Made by a program: the position numbers and the translations under genes
Notes under the pieces: generated by a model
What the model was told of the DNA's origin: nothing
Databases searched by the model: none
The model's input: only the letters and a program-made list of their open reading frames with translations
From: a virus
IMG/VR virus record: IMGVR_UViG_3300032235_000792
DNA length: 64,000 nt
Reading direction: 5' to 3' (one strand)
Part shown: piece after piece, positions 19,872 through 29,722 of the stretch
Layout: the number at the start of each line of letters is the position of its first letter
How positions within the stretch are numbered: the first letter of the stretch is position 1

Positions 19872-21077
19872 ATGCCTAATAAGACACACCTAACAAGACA
19901 AGAAGAAGCAATTAAAGAAGTCGGTGTTCAATTAAGAACAGTCGACCCTGTTTCACCAACGGAAGAGCAGGTTTGGCTCAATGTAAACGAGAACAAATTA
20001 AAATCATTTGTAGATGGTCAGGTTCGTGTTTACTTTGAAAATTATACAACCACGTCTATAGAAATACCATCGTCTGGGTTAATGGACGCAAACGTGTCTT
20101 ACAATTATTATAAAGAAATATTAGACTCAGAAACTTTTACCATAGATAATATATTAGATGGCGTTGATGTTAAAATAATGCTAACAAATAATCAAAATGA
20201 TTCTGTAAAAAAAGTAGATGTAGCATTACCATCTGCTGCTCAAATGAATAACGGTAATTATTGGATAATCAAGTCTGCAGCAAACTCAGAAACATATCAT
20301 GTATGGTATGATTTTGATGGAACTGGGTTGGCCGAGCCCGTTGTTGTAGATAGTCAGCCAATTAGAGTAATAGTTACACAGGGGCGCAAGGAAAAAACAG
20401 ACCTTCTGTTTAAGAATATATCTACTACTGGTTCATCTTATTTTACATTATCTGACCATACTGGCGGAAGTTACTACGTTTGGTATAACATAAATGGACT
20501 TAATGTTAACCCACTTGGAAGCACTCCCGGCGGAATACAGGTTAACTTAACAACAGGTATGACTGCAGCTCAAGCAGCTTTAGCTACACAAACAGCTATA
20601 AATTTTGTAGGAGTAGATGTGACAACCACTATTGTTGGTCAAACATTAACAATAGAAGCTAACAGTTTTGGTTCGTCTAATGATATCCAATCATTTGGAA
20701 CAGACGTCATTCAATCCGTAACTAGATTAGTCGATGGTGCACCCACTACAAGTCAAGATCAGGTAGCCTCTTTAACAGCTAATGCACTAAATTTAACTAG
20801 TAATTTTTCTGCGACAACATTGACAAATACTGTACATATTACTTATTTACAGCCAGGTAAATGTGATGACGTCGTAAACGTAGATGTTCCAGTGGGATTT
20901 TCCTTCTTAAATATTGAACAAGGTAGCGGACCAATTGCTATATCATTTACAAACTCTATATCTTTCGCAAACTACGCTGAAGCCATAGTTGTTCCAAGTA
21001 ACTCATTTAGACTTTATGAAATTGTAAAAATAGGTCCAACAATAGTTGGCATATATAGTGACTTTGACATTGCTTAA
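19872..21077 (+). CDS. Tail fibre accessory protein with nested repeated domains
   Basis: Two copies of the YF.L...Y.VW[YF] module. N-terminus shared with 21086. Confidence 0.6.
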   Translation: MPNKTHLTRQEEAIKEVGVQLRTVDPVSPTEEQVWLNVNENKLKSFVDGQVRVYFENYTTTSIEIPSSGLMDANVSYNYYKEILDSETFTIDNILDGVDVKIMLTNNQNDSVKKVDVALPSAAQMNNGNYWIIKSAANSETYHVWYDFDGTGLAEPVVVDSQPIRVIVTQGRKEKTDLLFKNISTTGSSYFTLSDHTGGSYYVWYNINGLNVNPLGSTPGGIQVNLTTGMTAAQAALATQTAINFVGVDVTTTIVGQTLTIEANSFGSSNDIQSFGTDVIQSVTRLVDGAPTTSQDQVASLTANALNLTSNFSATTLTNTVHITYLQPGKCDDVVNVDVPVGFSFLNIEQGSGPIAISFTNSISFANYAEAIVVPSNSFRLYEIVKIGPTIVGIYSDFDIA

Positions 21078-21085
21078 GGTGATAC

Positions 21086-24000
21086 ATGAAAAATGTTTCC
21101 ATAACTGAAACTAAAGAATCTAGTGAGATAGTTGAAGTAGGAATACAGCGCAGAGCTGACGATCCTAATCCGGTCTATCCAATAGATAATCAACTTTGGA
21201 TTAATTCGTCTAAGACATCAATTGATGCTAGGATGGATTCTATGGAATACTCCAAGGGATCCAGAATCAACACAACTTCATTTTTAAATGTAGAAGGCTT
21301 TACAACTGATCTAATAAGACTAGATCAAGCTCCAATATGGTCAAGCAGTATAAGCGGAGTAATCGCACCAAAATTTTACAAAAAGCAGTTACCAACTATA
21401 GCACTAGCTCATGTAGCAGATAGCGTTAAAACTAATAGTGATGGCCATACATTTGTATCATATAGAGTTACAGCAGGAGCAGCGCCATTTGCAATAGTGT
21501 TAAAAAAATATTCATTTGACGGTGAAGAGGTTGCTAATTTTAGTTTAAATTTTGGAGCGGTAACAATTCCTGCCGCAGCAGCAACTATTCTTGTCGTATC
21601 AGATACGCACGTAATACTTGCATGTGCTGCATTAATGACAATGACAGGTAACTCTGCTGGTACAGTATCTCCGTCTTATCTATACAAAATAGACTTTAAT
21701 GGTAAGGTTGATACAGTATTTCAAACTAGTCTAGGAACCGGTCTAAATGGAGCGATATTAGGTGCAGAGTTAGATGGTGCAAATCTTTTAGTAGGCGGTA
21801 GTTTTACAACTATTAACGCAATAGCAACTACAAGATTAGCGAAAATAAATTTAAATGCAACATCATCTGCTCAATTACTGGACACAGCGTTTAACACAAA
21901 CATAGGCAACGGTGCCAACGGTGACGTTAACTGTATACTTAAAGCAATTAATGGCGATTATATAATTGGTGGTAATTTTACTACATTCAATACCTCAGTA
22001 GGTGGCACAGCAAGAGTAAGAATCGCTAAGATGACTTCTGCCGGAATATTAGACACCACGTTTTCTACGAATATTGGTGCTACTAGTTTCAATGCGACTG
22101 TCAGAAAAATAATTCAACTTAGGGATTCGTCTGCACATTTTATATGTGTTGGGGACTTCACAGCATTCAGAGGCGTAGTTGCAAATAGAATATCAAGAAT
22201 ATCAACTAATGGTCAATCAGACAGAGCCGATTACAATATAGGTACAGGCTTCAATGCTGTAGTTAATGCACTTGAGATAGACTCGTCTTCGAGAATTATT
22301 GCAGGTGGAGATTTTACTACCTATAATGCCGTTGCTCAGAATAGACTTATACGACTAAATGGTGATGGTGCTAAAGACGCTACATTTAACGTTGGGACTG
22401 GTTTTAATGGTGCAGTTAATGCAATTGCATCAACGTCATTAGGTGTATACGTAGGTGGATCATTTTCAACATTTAACTCTTTAGCTCAAATATCTTTAGT
22501 TCGTCTAACGTCTTTAGGCGCCAAAGATGCTACATTTAATATTGGAACCGGATTTTTAGGTTCTGTTTCTAGCATTAAAGTAGATTCTAGCAATAAAGTT
22601 TTAGTAGGCGGTACTTTTAGTCAATATCAAGGTGTTACTCAAAATAGATTAGTTAGATTAAATACTGACGGTTCAAAAGATGCTACTTTAAATATAGGCA
22701 CAGGTTTTGATTCTAACGTTAGTGCTATTGCAATACAGCCAGATGGTAAGATTATTGTTGTAGGTGATTTTACTCAATTTAATGGCTCTGCTCAAAACAG
22801 AATTATCAGATTAAATACAAATGGTTCAAAAGATACTACATTTAACGTTGGAACTGGTTTTAATCTTAGTGCTAAAGCAGTATACGTTCAACCAGATGGC
22901 AAGATAATTATTGGTGGCGATTTCACTCAATTTAACGGAATTAATTTAAACAGAATAGTTAGATTAAATACAGACGGATCTTTAGATACAGCTTTTAACT
23001 CAGGTGCTGGGTTTAATTCTTCTGTGAACTCTATTACTATCTCTAACGGCGCAATAGTTGTTTGTGGTGCTTTTACTTCTTATAAAGGCGTAAGTGAAAA
23101 TCGTGTTGTTGCATTAAATACTAACGGTGAAAGAATCACATCATATACATTTAGTAACGGTTTTGATGCAGAAACAAAAGCAGTAGTTCAATACTCTACT
23201 GATTCTGTATTTATCGGTGGTAACTTCACTACATATAGAGGAACAGCACAGGCCCGTCTTTTAAAACTAGATACGTCCTATAATTTAGGCCAACGATACA
23301 TGCAGTTTTACACAATGACTGGTGGTGGATTGGGCGGTAGTGGTTTATCTTTAGAAGTTGATGATAATTTTATATATGTTGGAACAAATTTCGCAACAAA
23401 AGCCTTATATAAATTTAATTATTACGGAGAGCTTAGTCTAACACCATATTTATTTACTGGAACAACGATTCGTGATCTTAAAATTAAAGAGCACATCCTA
23501 TATGCTTGCGGTGATTTTACTGCCTATAATAGTGACACAAATGAAAAAAATATTGTAGCAATTCATAGAGAAAGTGGGCAAATAAATGTTCTACCTTCTA
23601 ATTTTCAAAATAGAAGACATGGTCACATTATCCTAAAAAATGAATCTTTAGCTATTGCTACCATAAACCTATCTACTCAATATAGTAAGACTGTAGCCAA
23701 CTCAACTACTTTAGAAGCTGGAGATGGCCTACTTATAAAATTTAGTACACTAAATGGTAAGTTATTGCTCGATGAGGCTGCAGTATTTGAAGCAGCACCT
23801 TTTCCTAAAGGTACATTAGGTCCTCTTGAGATTATTGCTGGACAAACCGTAAGTATAGCAGCTGGCGGAGTATACGATTATGCCTCTATAAATATTCACG
23901 CTGGTGGAACACTAAACATAGACGGGACTATAAGTCCAGAGTTAACTGAAATATATTGTAACGGTACATTTACACTAAATGGAACCATAAGAGGAAGACG

Positions 24001-24787
24001 CCAGGGTAATGGTGGATATTTTGAAAGAACTACAGCAGTAGGAGAGCACGTCAGTTTTGAGGTAATTCAAAAACTAGGTGGAGATGGAGTCAAAGGATTC
24101 TCTACTAACGGCGGTGTTGGTGGGACAGGACTGAACGGTTTTGGTGGCGGTGGTGGAGGAGGTCAGGGTCGTGGAGGTCAATACGGCGGAGCTGGCGGAG
24201 CAGGCGGTGCACCAGGCGCAAATGGAAATCCAGATACTAGAACCGCTGGAGGAATCGGCGGTGTAGGTAATTTTACACTAGGAAGCGGCGGACAAAACGG
24301 TCCAAATAATGGTGGAAGAAACGGCGGAACTGGTGGTGCAGGCGGTGGATCTGGTGGAGGCGGTGGATCTGGTGGAGAATACAACAAGTATAGTTCTGAT
24401 CTTCTTCCTGGAGAAGGCGGAGCTGGTGGTGGATACAAGGGTCAACATGGAATTGGCATTTACTTATATATAAAAGGCGCAGTAAGTGGTAATGGCTTGA
24501 TTGATTTATCTGGAACAAACGGATACAACGGTGGAAACACAGTGGTTTATTACTATGGATACGGCGGAGCAGGTGGTGGTGGTGCTGGTGGAAGTGGCGG
24601 CAGTCTTACAGCTAGAGATGTTGGTAATTCTTTTAATAATAAAGCATCTACCATATATAATCCAAGTAAAATATGGGTAAAGATAACTGGTGGAAACGGT
24701 GGAGCAGGCGGTACTAGCGCTGGCGGAAGCGGTGGAGCTGGTCAATTAGGTAACACAGGTACATACACTGTGGCAGGAATATCATGA
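21086..24787 (+). CDS. Receptor-binding protein with delta-60/DUF5122-like beta-propeller repeats and glycine-rich C-terminus
   Basis: About 10 repeats of GTGFN..V.AIA.Q.DGKII.GGDFT..NG...NRI.RLN.DG..D.TF. Polyglycine C-terminal region. Confidence 0.75.
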   Translation: MKNVSITETKESSEIVEVGIQRRADDPNPVYPIDNQLWINSSKTSIDARMDSMEYSKGSRINTTSFLNVEGFTTDLIRLDQAPIWSSSISGVIAPKFYKKQLPTIALAHVADSVKTNSDGHTFVSYRVTAGAAPFAIVLKKYSFDGEEVANFSLNFGAVTIPAAAATILVVSDTHVILACAALMTMTGNSAGTVSPSYLYKIDFNGKVDTVFQTSLGTGLNGAILGAELDGANLLVGGSFTTINAIATTRLAKINLNATSSAQLLDTAFNTNIGNGANGDVNCILKAINGDYIIGGNFTTFNTSVGGTARVRIAKMTSAGILDTTFSTNIGATSFNATVRKIIQLRDSSAHFICVGDFTAFRGVVANRISRISTNGQSDRADYNIGTGFNAVVNALEIDSSSRIIAGGDFTTYNAVAQNRLIRLNGDGAKDATFNVGTGFNGAVNAIASTSLGVYVGGSFSTFNSLAQISLVRLTSLGAKDATFNIGTGFLGSVSSIKVDSSNKVLVGGTFSQYQGVTQNRLVRLNTDGSKDATLNIGTGFDSNVSAIAIQPDGKIIVVGDFTQFNGSAQNRIIRLNTNGSKDTTFNVGTGFNLSAKAVYVQPDGKIIIGGDFTQFNGINLNRIVRLNTDGSLDTAFNSGAGFNSSVNSITISNGAIVVCGAFTSYKGVSENRVVALNTNGERITSYTFSNGFDAETKAVVQYSTDSVFIGGNFTTYRGTAQARLLKLDTSYNLGQRYMQFYTMTGGGLGGSGLSLEVDDNFIYVGTNFATKALYKFNYYGELSLTPYLFTGTTIRDLKIKEHILYACGDFTAYNSDTNEKNIVAIHRESGQINVLPSNFQNRRHGHIILKNESLAIATINLSTQYSKTVANSTTLEAGDGLLIKFSTLNGKLLLDEAAVFEAAPFPKGTLGPLEIIAGQTVSIAAGGVYDYASINIHAGGTLNIDGTISPELTEIYCNGTFTLNGTIRGRRQGNGGYFERTTAVGEHVSFEVIQKLGGDGVKGFSTNGGVGGTGLNGFGGGGGGGQGRGGQYGGAGGAGGAPGANGNPDTRTAGGIGGVGNFTLGSGGQNGPNNGGRNGGTGGAGGGSGGGGGSGGEYNKYSSDLLPGEGGAGGGYKGQHGIGIYLYIKGAVSGNGLIDLSGTNGYNGGNTVVYYYGYGGAGGGGAGGSGGSLTARDVGNSFNNKASTIYNPSKIWVKITGGNGGAGGTSAGGSGGAGQLGNTGTYTVAGIS

Positions 24788-25278
24788 GCTTAATATATCC
24801 TATATTAGTACTATATGATGGTGATGCTTTCATATGCCAAAACTCTTGCCTTGGAGATCCTAAGAGTTACGTCGAGTCGTATCTTTCATCGAATAATTTA
24901 GATAAAACCAATATTCAAGTCTATGCATATGAAAGAAAAAAATGGATCGCTCTACTCTTAGAGTCTAAAAATAATAAGCTTGATTTTATCATAGAGAAAG
25001 ATAAAATAAAACTGCTTAAAACTGTAGAAGATCTAGAAGAAGTTGACATGGACGTTGACTGGGCAAAAGACAGCGAACTATCTGAGTTTTATTCAGAAGA
25101 AGAAATAGAGAAAATAAACGAAAATAAGCAAATATTATCTACATTCTCTTTTATAACTCAAGAGATACGAGACAGTCTGCCTCATCAAATACCTGTAAAG
25201 AAAAGAAAAGTTTCAATAAAGGTTAGAAAACAGGTAGTAGAAAAAGAAGTTAGCGGAGTTAAGTTAGAACTTACATAG
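24784..25278 (+). CDS. Hypothetical protein (possible fibre chaperone)
   Basis: ATGA overlap with the fibre gene. Function inferred from position only. Confidence 0.5.
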   Translation: MSLIYPILVLYDGDAFICQNSCLGDPKSYVESYLSSNNLDKTNIQVYAYERKKWIALLLESKNNKLDFIIEKDKIKLLKTVEDLEEVDMDVDWAKDSELSEFYSEEEIEKINENKQILSTFSFITQEIRDSLPHQIPVKKRKVSIKVRKQVVEKEVSGVKLELT

Positions 25279-25281
25279 TTA

Positions 25282-25288
25282 GTATAAT
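25282..25288 (+). promoter_or_regulatory. GTATAAT -10, probable leaderless transcript
   Basis: 8 nt before ATG 25297, no SD. Confidence 0.7.
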
Positions 25289-25296
25289 ATGTAAGC

Positions 25297-25869
25297 ATGG
25301 AAAACCTAACGTCTTTACCGCTAAGGCAAGTTCCTTACGAATCATTTATAGAAGTAGACAGCGTCTTCTCCCCTGAAGAGTGCAGTTTTTTAATAAAAAA
25401 AATAAAAGACAACGTTTCTATTTCTACTGTAGATGGTGGATTTGTAAATAAAGAAATACGTAGTAGTAAGTCTTTTTTTATAGATAGAGGCGGAGAATTT
25501 GAATGGGTATTCGAAAGAGTTTGGCACTATATGAGGTTAGTCAATTTAGAATTTTATAATTTTGATTTAGCCTGTTTTAGAGAAGGAATTCAATTTAGTC
25601 AATACGATGCAGGCGATTTTTATAATTGGCACAAAGACTACGGCCCTTTAAATTTTTCAACGAGAAAATTATCTGGCGTAATAAATCTGTCTTCTCCAGA
25701 GGAGTATTCCGGTGGAGAACTTGAACTATTTAGAGTATTAAAGCAACCTCAAAAGAGTCAGGGCAACTTGATAGTGTTTCCTAGTTTTGAGCAGCATAGA
25801 GTAAATAATATAGTTAGCGGAACTAGGTACAGCTTAACCACCTGGATCTCAGGCAACTGCTTTAGGTAA
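25297..25869 (+). CDS. 2OG-Fe(II) oxygenase (prolyl 4-hydroxylase-like)
   Basis: WHKD...RKLS...YSGGEL...VFPSFEQHRV...TRYSL: HxD...H facial triad and RxS. Confidence 0.9.
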   Translation: MENLTSLPLRQVPYESFIEVDSVFSPEECSFLIKKIKDNVSISTVDGGFVNKEIRSSKSFFIDRGGEFEWVFERVWHYMRLVNLEFYNFDLACFREGIQFSQYDAGDFYNWHKDYGPLNFSTRKLSGVINLSSPEEYSGGELELFRVLKQPQKSQGNLIVFPSFEQHRVNNIVSGTRYSLTTWISGNCFR

Positions 25870-25872
25870 ATT

Positions 25873-26484
25873 ATGATAGTTAACTTTAACACTGATCCAG
25901 TACCTTATTTAATAATAGATAACTTCTTAGATAACTTTAATGAAGTATCAGATATAGCAGAAGATCTTTATTATCTAACAGACTTAGGTACACATAATCT
26001 TTATGTTAAAGACCTAGTTAAAAGAAACGAATTTTATCTATATAGTCGAATTGAAGATCCTAATGTAAAAAAATTAGCAGAACACATGAACTGTGCTTTT
26101 TGGAGAGAGTCTGTCAGAGAGATATATGACAGTGCACCATATCCGTTTCCAATGATAAACTCTGTTACCTACGATGGCCTTTTAATAGGTTACTACGGCA
26201 ATAGCGGATACTACAGTTTACATAGAGATACCTGTTTTATAACAGGACTAGTCTTTCTTCATAAAGAGGTAAATTTCGAAGGTGGTAATTTTATTCTTTC
26301 AAATAAAACAGAGAGAACTATAAATAAAGAATTTAAGTCTGTAGAAATAGAACCAGTCTCAAATAGAGCAGTGTTTTTTCCTTCTTGCTATTTCCACGGA
26401 GTTTCCAGTATCAAAACCAATAGCGATGAAATATCTTCTATGCGAATAAGTTTTCAAAATTTTATGTCTTTTAAGAACGACTAA
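25873..26484 (+). CDS. 2OG-Fe(II) oxygenase
   Basis: LHRD...FEGGNF...NRAVFFPSCYFHGV...RIS. Confidence 0.85.
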   Translation: MIVNFNTDPVPYLIIDNFLDNFNEVSDIAEDLYYLTDLGTHNLYVKDLVKRNEFYLYSRIEDPNVKKLAEHMNCAFWRESVREIYDSAPYPFPMINSVTYDGLLIGYYGNSGYYSLHRDTCFITGLVFLHKEVNFEGGNFILSNKTERTINKEFKSVEIEPVSNRAVFFPSCYFHGVSSIKTNSDEISSMRISFQNFMSFKND

Positions 26485-26486
26485 TT

Positions 26487-26768
26487 ATGAATAAATTAAT
26501 ATTTAGAGTATATAGAACTTCAACGTTTCTTTTTGGTCATAGGCCAGAAAACAATAGGTCATACTTAGCTTTAAAGAAGAGATTAGATGACAAGTGTTCA
26601 TTAGAAAATTGGTTTATAGATTTTAAAGACCATACTGATGTGCTTAATTTTGCACTTGAATACTCACCTGTTTTAATAAAAAAACCAACATATCATGGCA
26701 CTGTTGGTGATATAGAGATATATGACTGCGAAAGAGAAAATCTAAGCATAGATTTAACGGTAAATTAA
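26487..26768 (+). CDS. Hypothetical protein
   Basis: 93 aa ORF tightly packed in the operon. C-terminal IEIYD motif. Confidence 0.55.
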   Translation: MNKLIFRVYRTSTFLFGHRPENNRSYLALKKRLDDKCSLENWFIDFKDHTDVLNFALEYSPVLIKKPTYHGTVGDIEIYDCERENLSIDLTVN

Positions 26769-26770
26769 AT

Positions 26771-27073
26771 ATGTTTAAAAAATTAAATAAATATGGCATC
26801 CCATTTCCAATGATAAGAGATCCTAGAACAGGATTAGGGTCTGTATCTTTAACCTTAGTTTTTTTGTCTAGTATATACGTACAATTGGCTCTTTTAAATA
26901 TGTTCGCACAAATGTTTAAAGGTGTAGATATAGTTAATGCCCTCTATTGGCACGGCATGAGTTTAGCACTTTACTTTGGAAGATCTTTTAAGAAAGAAGG
27001 TGATGTGTCTTTGGATGCGGAAGAAACGACAGAGGAGACACCCAAGAAAAGATCTAGGATGCCTCCAAAATAA
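26771..27073 (+). CDS. Holin-like two-TM membrane protein
   Basis: Two hydrophobic segments and a highly charged C-terminus. Confidence 0.5.
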   Translation: MFKKLNKYGIPFPMIRDPRTGLGSVSLTLVFLSSIYVQLALLNMFAQMFKGVDIVNALYWHGMSLALYFGRSFKKEGDVSLDAEETTEETPKKRSRMPPK

Positions 27074-27078
27074 TCATG

Positions 27079-28338
27079 TCAGATCGTAGTGCTGTCTGAA
27101 TAGTACACTGGCAAAGCTTTGCAGATATCAATAACTTCTTGTTTTAATTTTTTTGCAACATCTAAATCTCCAGCATTCTTCAAGCAAGTAATAATCAGCC
27201 TAGCGACTTCTTTCATCTCTTGCTCTTTAAATCCACGAGTAGTTAAAGCTGGAGTACCTAAGCGAATACCTGATGTAACGAATGGGGATCGCTTGTCTCC
27301 TGGAACCATATTCTTATTACAAGTAATACCGATGTGTTCTAGGTAGTTAGAGGCATCTTTACCTGACATGTTAAAGCTATCTGTTTTAGCTAAGATAAGA
27401 TGATTGTCAGTCCCACCGCTAACAACCGCAAGTCCTCCGGCTATAAGTTCTGTTGCCAAGACTTTAGCGTTAATAATAACCTGCTGCTGATATGCCTTAA
27501 AATCTTCAGATAGTGCTTCCTTAAATGCCACAGCCTTAGCAGCAACAACATGTTCGAGAGGTCCACCTTGAATGCCAGGAAAAATATTACTGTTCACTTT
27601 CTTAGCGATGTCTTCGCTATTTGTGAGTATGATTCCGCCCCGTGGTCCTCTCAGTGTTTTATGTGTCGTAGATGTTACAACATCTGCCAAGCTAACTGGA
27701 TTCTGGTGCAGTCCTGCAGCAATTAGACCAGCAATATGTGCCATATCTACCATTAGATATGCACCAACTTCATCTGCAATATTTCTAAATTTCTCAAAAT
27801 CAATTGATCTTGGGTATGCAGATGCACCAGCAATAATTAGCTTAGGTTTTTCTTTAATAGCAATATTTCTTATGTTATCATAATCTAAAACTTCAGTAGA
27901 TTCATCAACACCATAAAAACTAGTAGCAAATAGTTTACCAGAAAAATTAACTGGACTTCCATGAGTAAGATGTCCACCTTGACTTAAGTCCATGCCTAAG
28001 ATTTTGTCTCCACTGTTTAGTAGTGAAAAATATACTGCCATGTTTGCAGAAGATCCAGAGTGTGGCTGTACGTTAGCGAACTTACTTCCAAATATTTGAT
28101 TTAGCCTAGATATAGCGAGTGCTTCGATCTCGTCAACAATATCACAACCGTTGTAATACCTTTTACCGGGATAGCCTTCTGCATACTTATTTGTAAGGAT
28201 CGATCCTTGCGCTTCCATTACTGCTTTAGAGCAATAGTTTTCAGAAGCAATAAGCTCTAACCCTAGTTCTTGTCGTTGAGATTCTAGTTGTATAAGTTTA
28301 TGTATTTCTGAATCAGATGAATCAAGATTACTGTTCAT
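27079..28338 (-). CDS. glyA: Serine hydroxymethyltransferase
   Basis: [45 protein letters not shown] (PLP lysine), SGIRLGTPA. Confidence 0.98.
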   Translation of the reverse strand: MNSNLDSSDSEIHKLIQLESQRQELGLELIASENYCSKAVMEAQGSILTNKYAEGYPGKRYYNGCDIVDEIEALAISRLNQIFGSKFANVQPHSGSSANMAVYFSLLNSGDKILGMDLSQGGHLTHGSPVNFSGKLFATSFYGVDESTEVLDYDNIRNIAIKEKPKLIIAGASAYPRSIDFEKFRNIADEVGAYLMVDMAHIAGLIAAGLHQNPVSLADVVTSTTHKTLRGPRGGIILTNSEDIAKKVNSNIFPGIQGGPLEHVVAAKAVAFKEALSEDFKAYQQQVIINAKVLATELIAGGLAVVSGGTDNHLILAKTDSFNMSGKDASNYLEHIGITCNKNMVPGDKRSPFVTSGIRLGTPALTTRGFKEQEMKEVARLIITCLKNAGDLDVAKKLKQEVIDICKALPVYYSDSTTI

Positions 28339-28348
28339 GTTTATCCTT

Positions 28349-29215
28349 TTAGTTTATGGTTTTTATTGATTTAAGAAAAATCGTAGCAGTGTCTCTGTGT
28401 CCGTTGTTTTTAAGTACATCGTTCCAGTCCATATCTGTATCGCCGGTAACAGCATAGTGAGTTATAGCTTTAGCCTTATTCAATTTACTAAGTCCTTTCA
28501 AGCCTGCTTCATCAGAGTCAAATGCACACACTATCTTAATGCCTGCATCTTTTAGTTCCAGCAATTTATCGATCTGGTGCTCAGTAGTTCCACAACCAGA
28601 GGTAGCGACTGCCTTCCATGGATTCTTAAGAACTCCACCGTAAAGTTTATCTAAAGATTGCTGAATAGATAGGGCATTAAATGCACCCTCACAAACAATT
28701 AAGCCTTTTATGTTAGTAACAAAAGGATTCTGGTTCCAGTTATAAAAAACAAGACCGAGACGTGTACCGGGTAGAGTAAGGACTTTAACAGTATCGCCAT
28801 CTCGCTCCCAAGGTTCTATTAGTCTAGTTTGTGAACCAACAAATACAGAGTCAAAATAATATGGAAAAACTATGCCTTCGCGCTCAGTATCATAGTACAT
28901 ATCACCTTTTGGATCAAGTCCTCGTGACCTAATGTATTCGACTCCTTTAATAGCCCTTGGATCAGATAGCGGTAAGAAATGAGAAGGCCAGTCCAAACGA
29001 GAAACCTCATTTGGTGTGGCTTTCGTCATATCAAAATCACCTTTAAGAAACTCGTTCAGATCCACGCCAGCAGTGTGGCAGTACTCTCTTAGAGAGTAAC
29101 CTCGTTGACATCTACCACTACACCAGCACCATATAGCTCCAGTATCTTCGTCTGAATGCCAGTAGATAGTATCATTAGGTCTTTTACAAATCAAGCATTT
29201 CTTGGTATTCACCAT
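28349..29215 (-). CDS. DNA primase (Zn finger + TOPRIM)
   Basis: CLIC...C.C...C Zn-binding region. [10 protein letters not shown] and [14 protein letters not shown] motifs. DWND. Confidence 0.85.
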   Translation of the reverse strand: MVNTKKCLICKRPNDTIYWHSDEDTGAIWCWCSGRCQRGYSLREYCHTAGVDLNEFLKGDFDMTKATPNEVSRLDWPSHFLPLSDPRAIKGVEYIRSRGLDPKGDMYYDTEREGIVFPYYFDSVFVGSQTRLIEPWERDGDTVKVLTLPGTRLGLVFYNWNQNPFVTNIKGLIVCEGAFNALSIQQSLDKLYGGVLKNPWKAVATSGCGTTEHQIDKLLELKDAGIKIVCAFDSDEAGLKGLSKLNKAKAITHYAVTGDTDMDWNDVLKNNGHRDTATIFLKSIKTIN

Positions 29216-29290
29216 TGTGTAGTCCTAATTTTCTTAACGTAAAAATAATATCTATTTTTAGACCAATTACAAAAAATGGATCAGACTTTT

Positions 29291-29722
29291 TCATAATTTA
29301 AACCTATTGATCCAATCGAAAAAATTAACTTGAGCTTGATCTTCAGATCTAAACATTAAATAAAGCAATGGGTGATCCATTAGCTCAGATCGTTTTAGAC
29401 CTTTAGTGTAGTGTATATACTCTTTTCTTGTCATCTGTCGCGTGTCCATAAGGTATTTATTTACTATATTACCACCGAATATTTTCTGAAGATCTTCTAG
29501 CGATGAGGTGGCACTTGTGGTACTGTTTTCGGAAGATCTTTCTGTTGTATTACTTCTAGCTTCAGCAATGTCATCCACAGCCTTCTCTTCGTTATTATCA
29601 ATATCTTCTGATGCGTCAACCCTCTGATTTTCGACATAACTGAGTTCCTTTGCTTTACCTGTTATCTCTGCTAATTTTTGAAGAACTTCATCTTTACTCA
29701 TAAATATTAATTGTTGCGTCAT
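29291..29722 (-). CDS. Hypothetical protein
   Basis: ATGA overlap with the helicase stop. In the replication operon. Confidence 0.6.
   Translation of the reverse strand: MTQQLIFMSKDEVLQKLAEITGKAKELSYVENQRVDASEDIDNNEEKAVDDIAEARSNTTERSSENSTTSATSSLEDLQKIFGGNIVNKYLMDTRQMTRKEYIHYTKGLKRSELMDHPLLYLMFRSEDQAQVNFFDWINRFKL

Noticed and set aside
17914-24787. Diversity-generating retroelement acting on fibre tips
   Set aside because: No reverse transcriptase and no template/variable repeat pair differing at adenines was seen.
21086-24787. Bacteroidota host suggested by delta-60-like repeats
   Set aside because: Strong SD usage and TATAAT promoters do not fit Bacteroidota expression signals, and the repeat is widespread.
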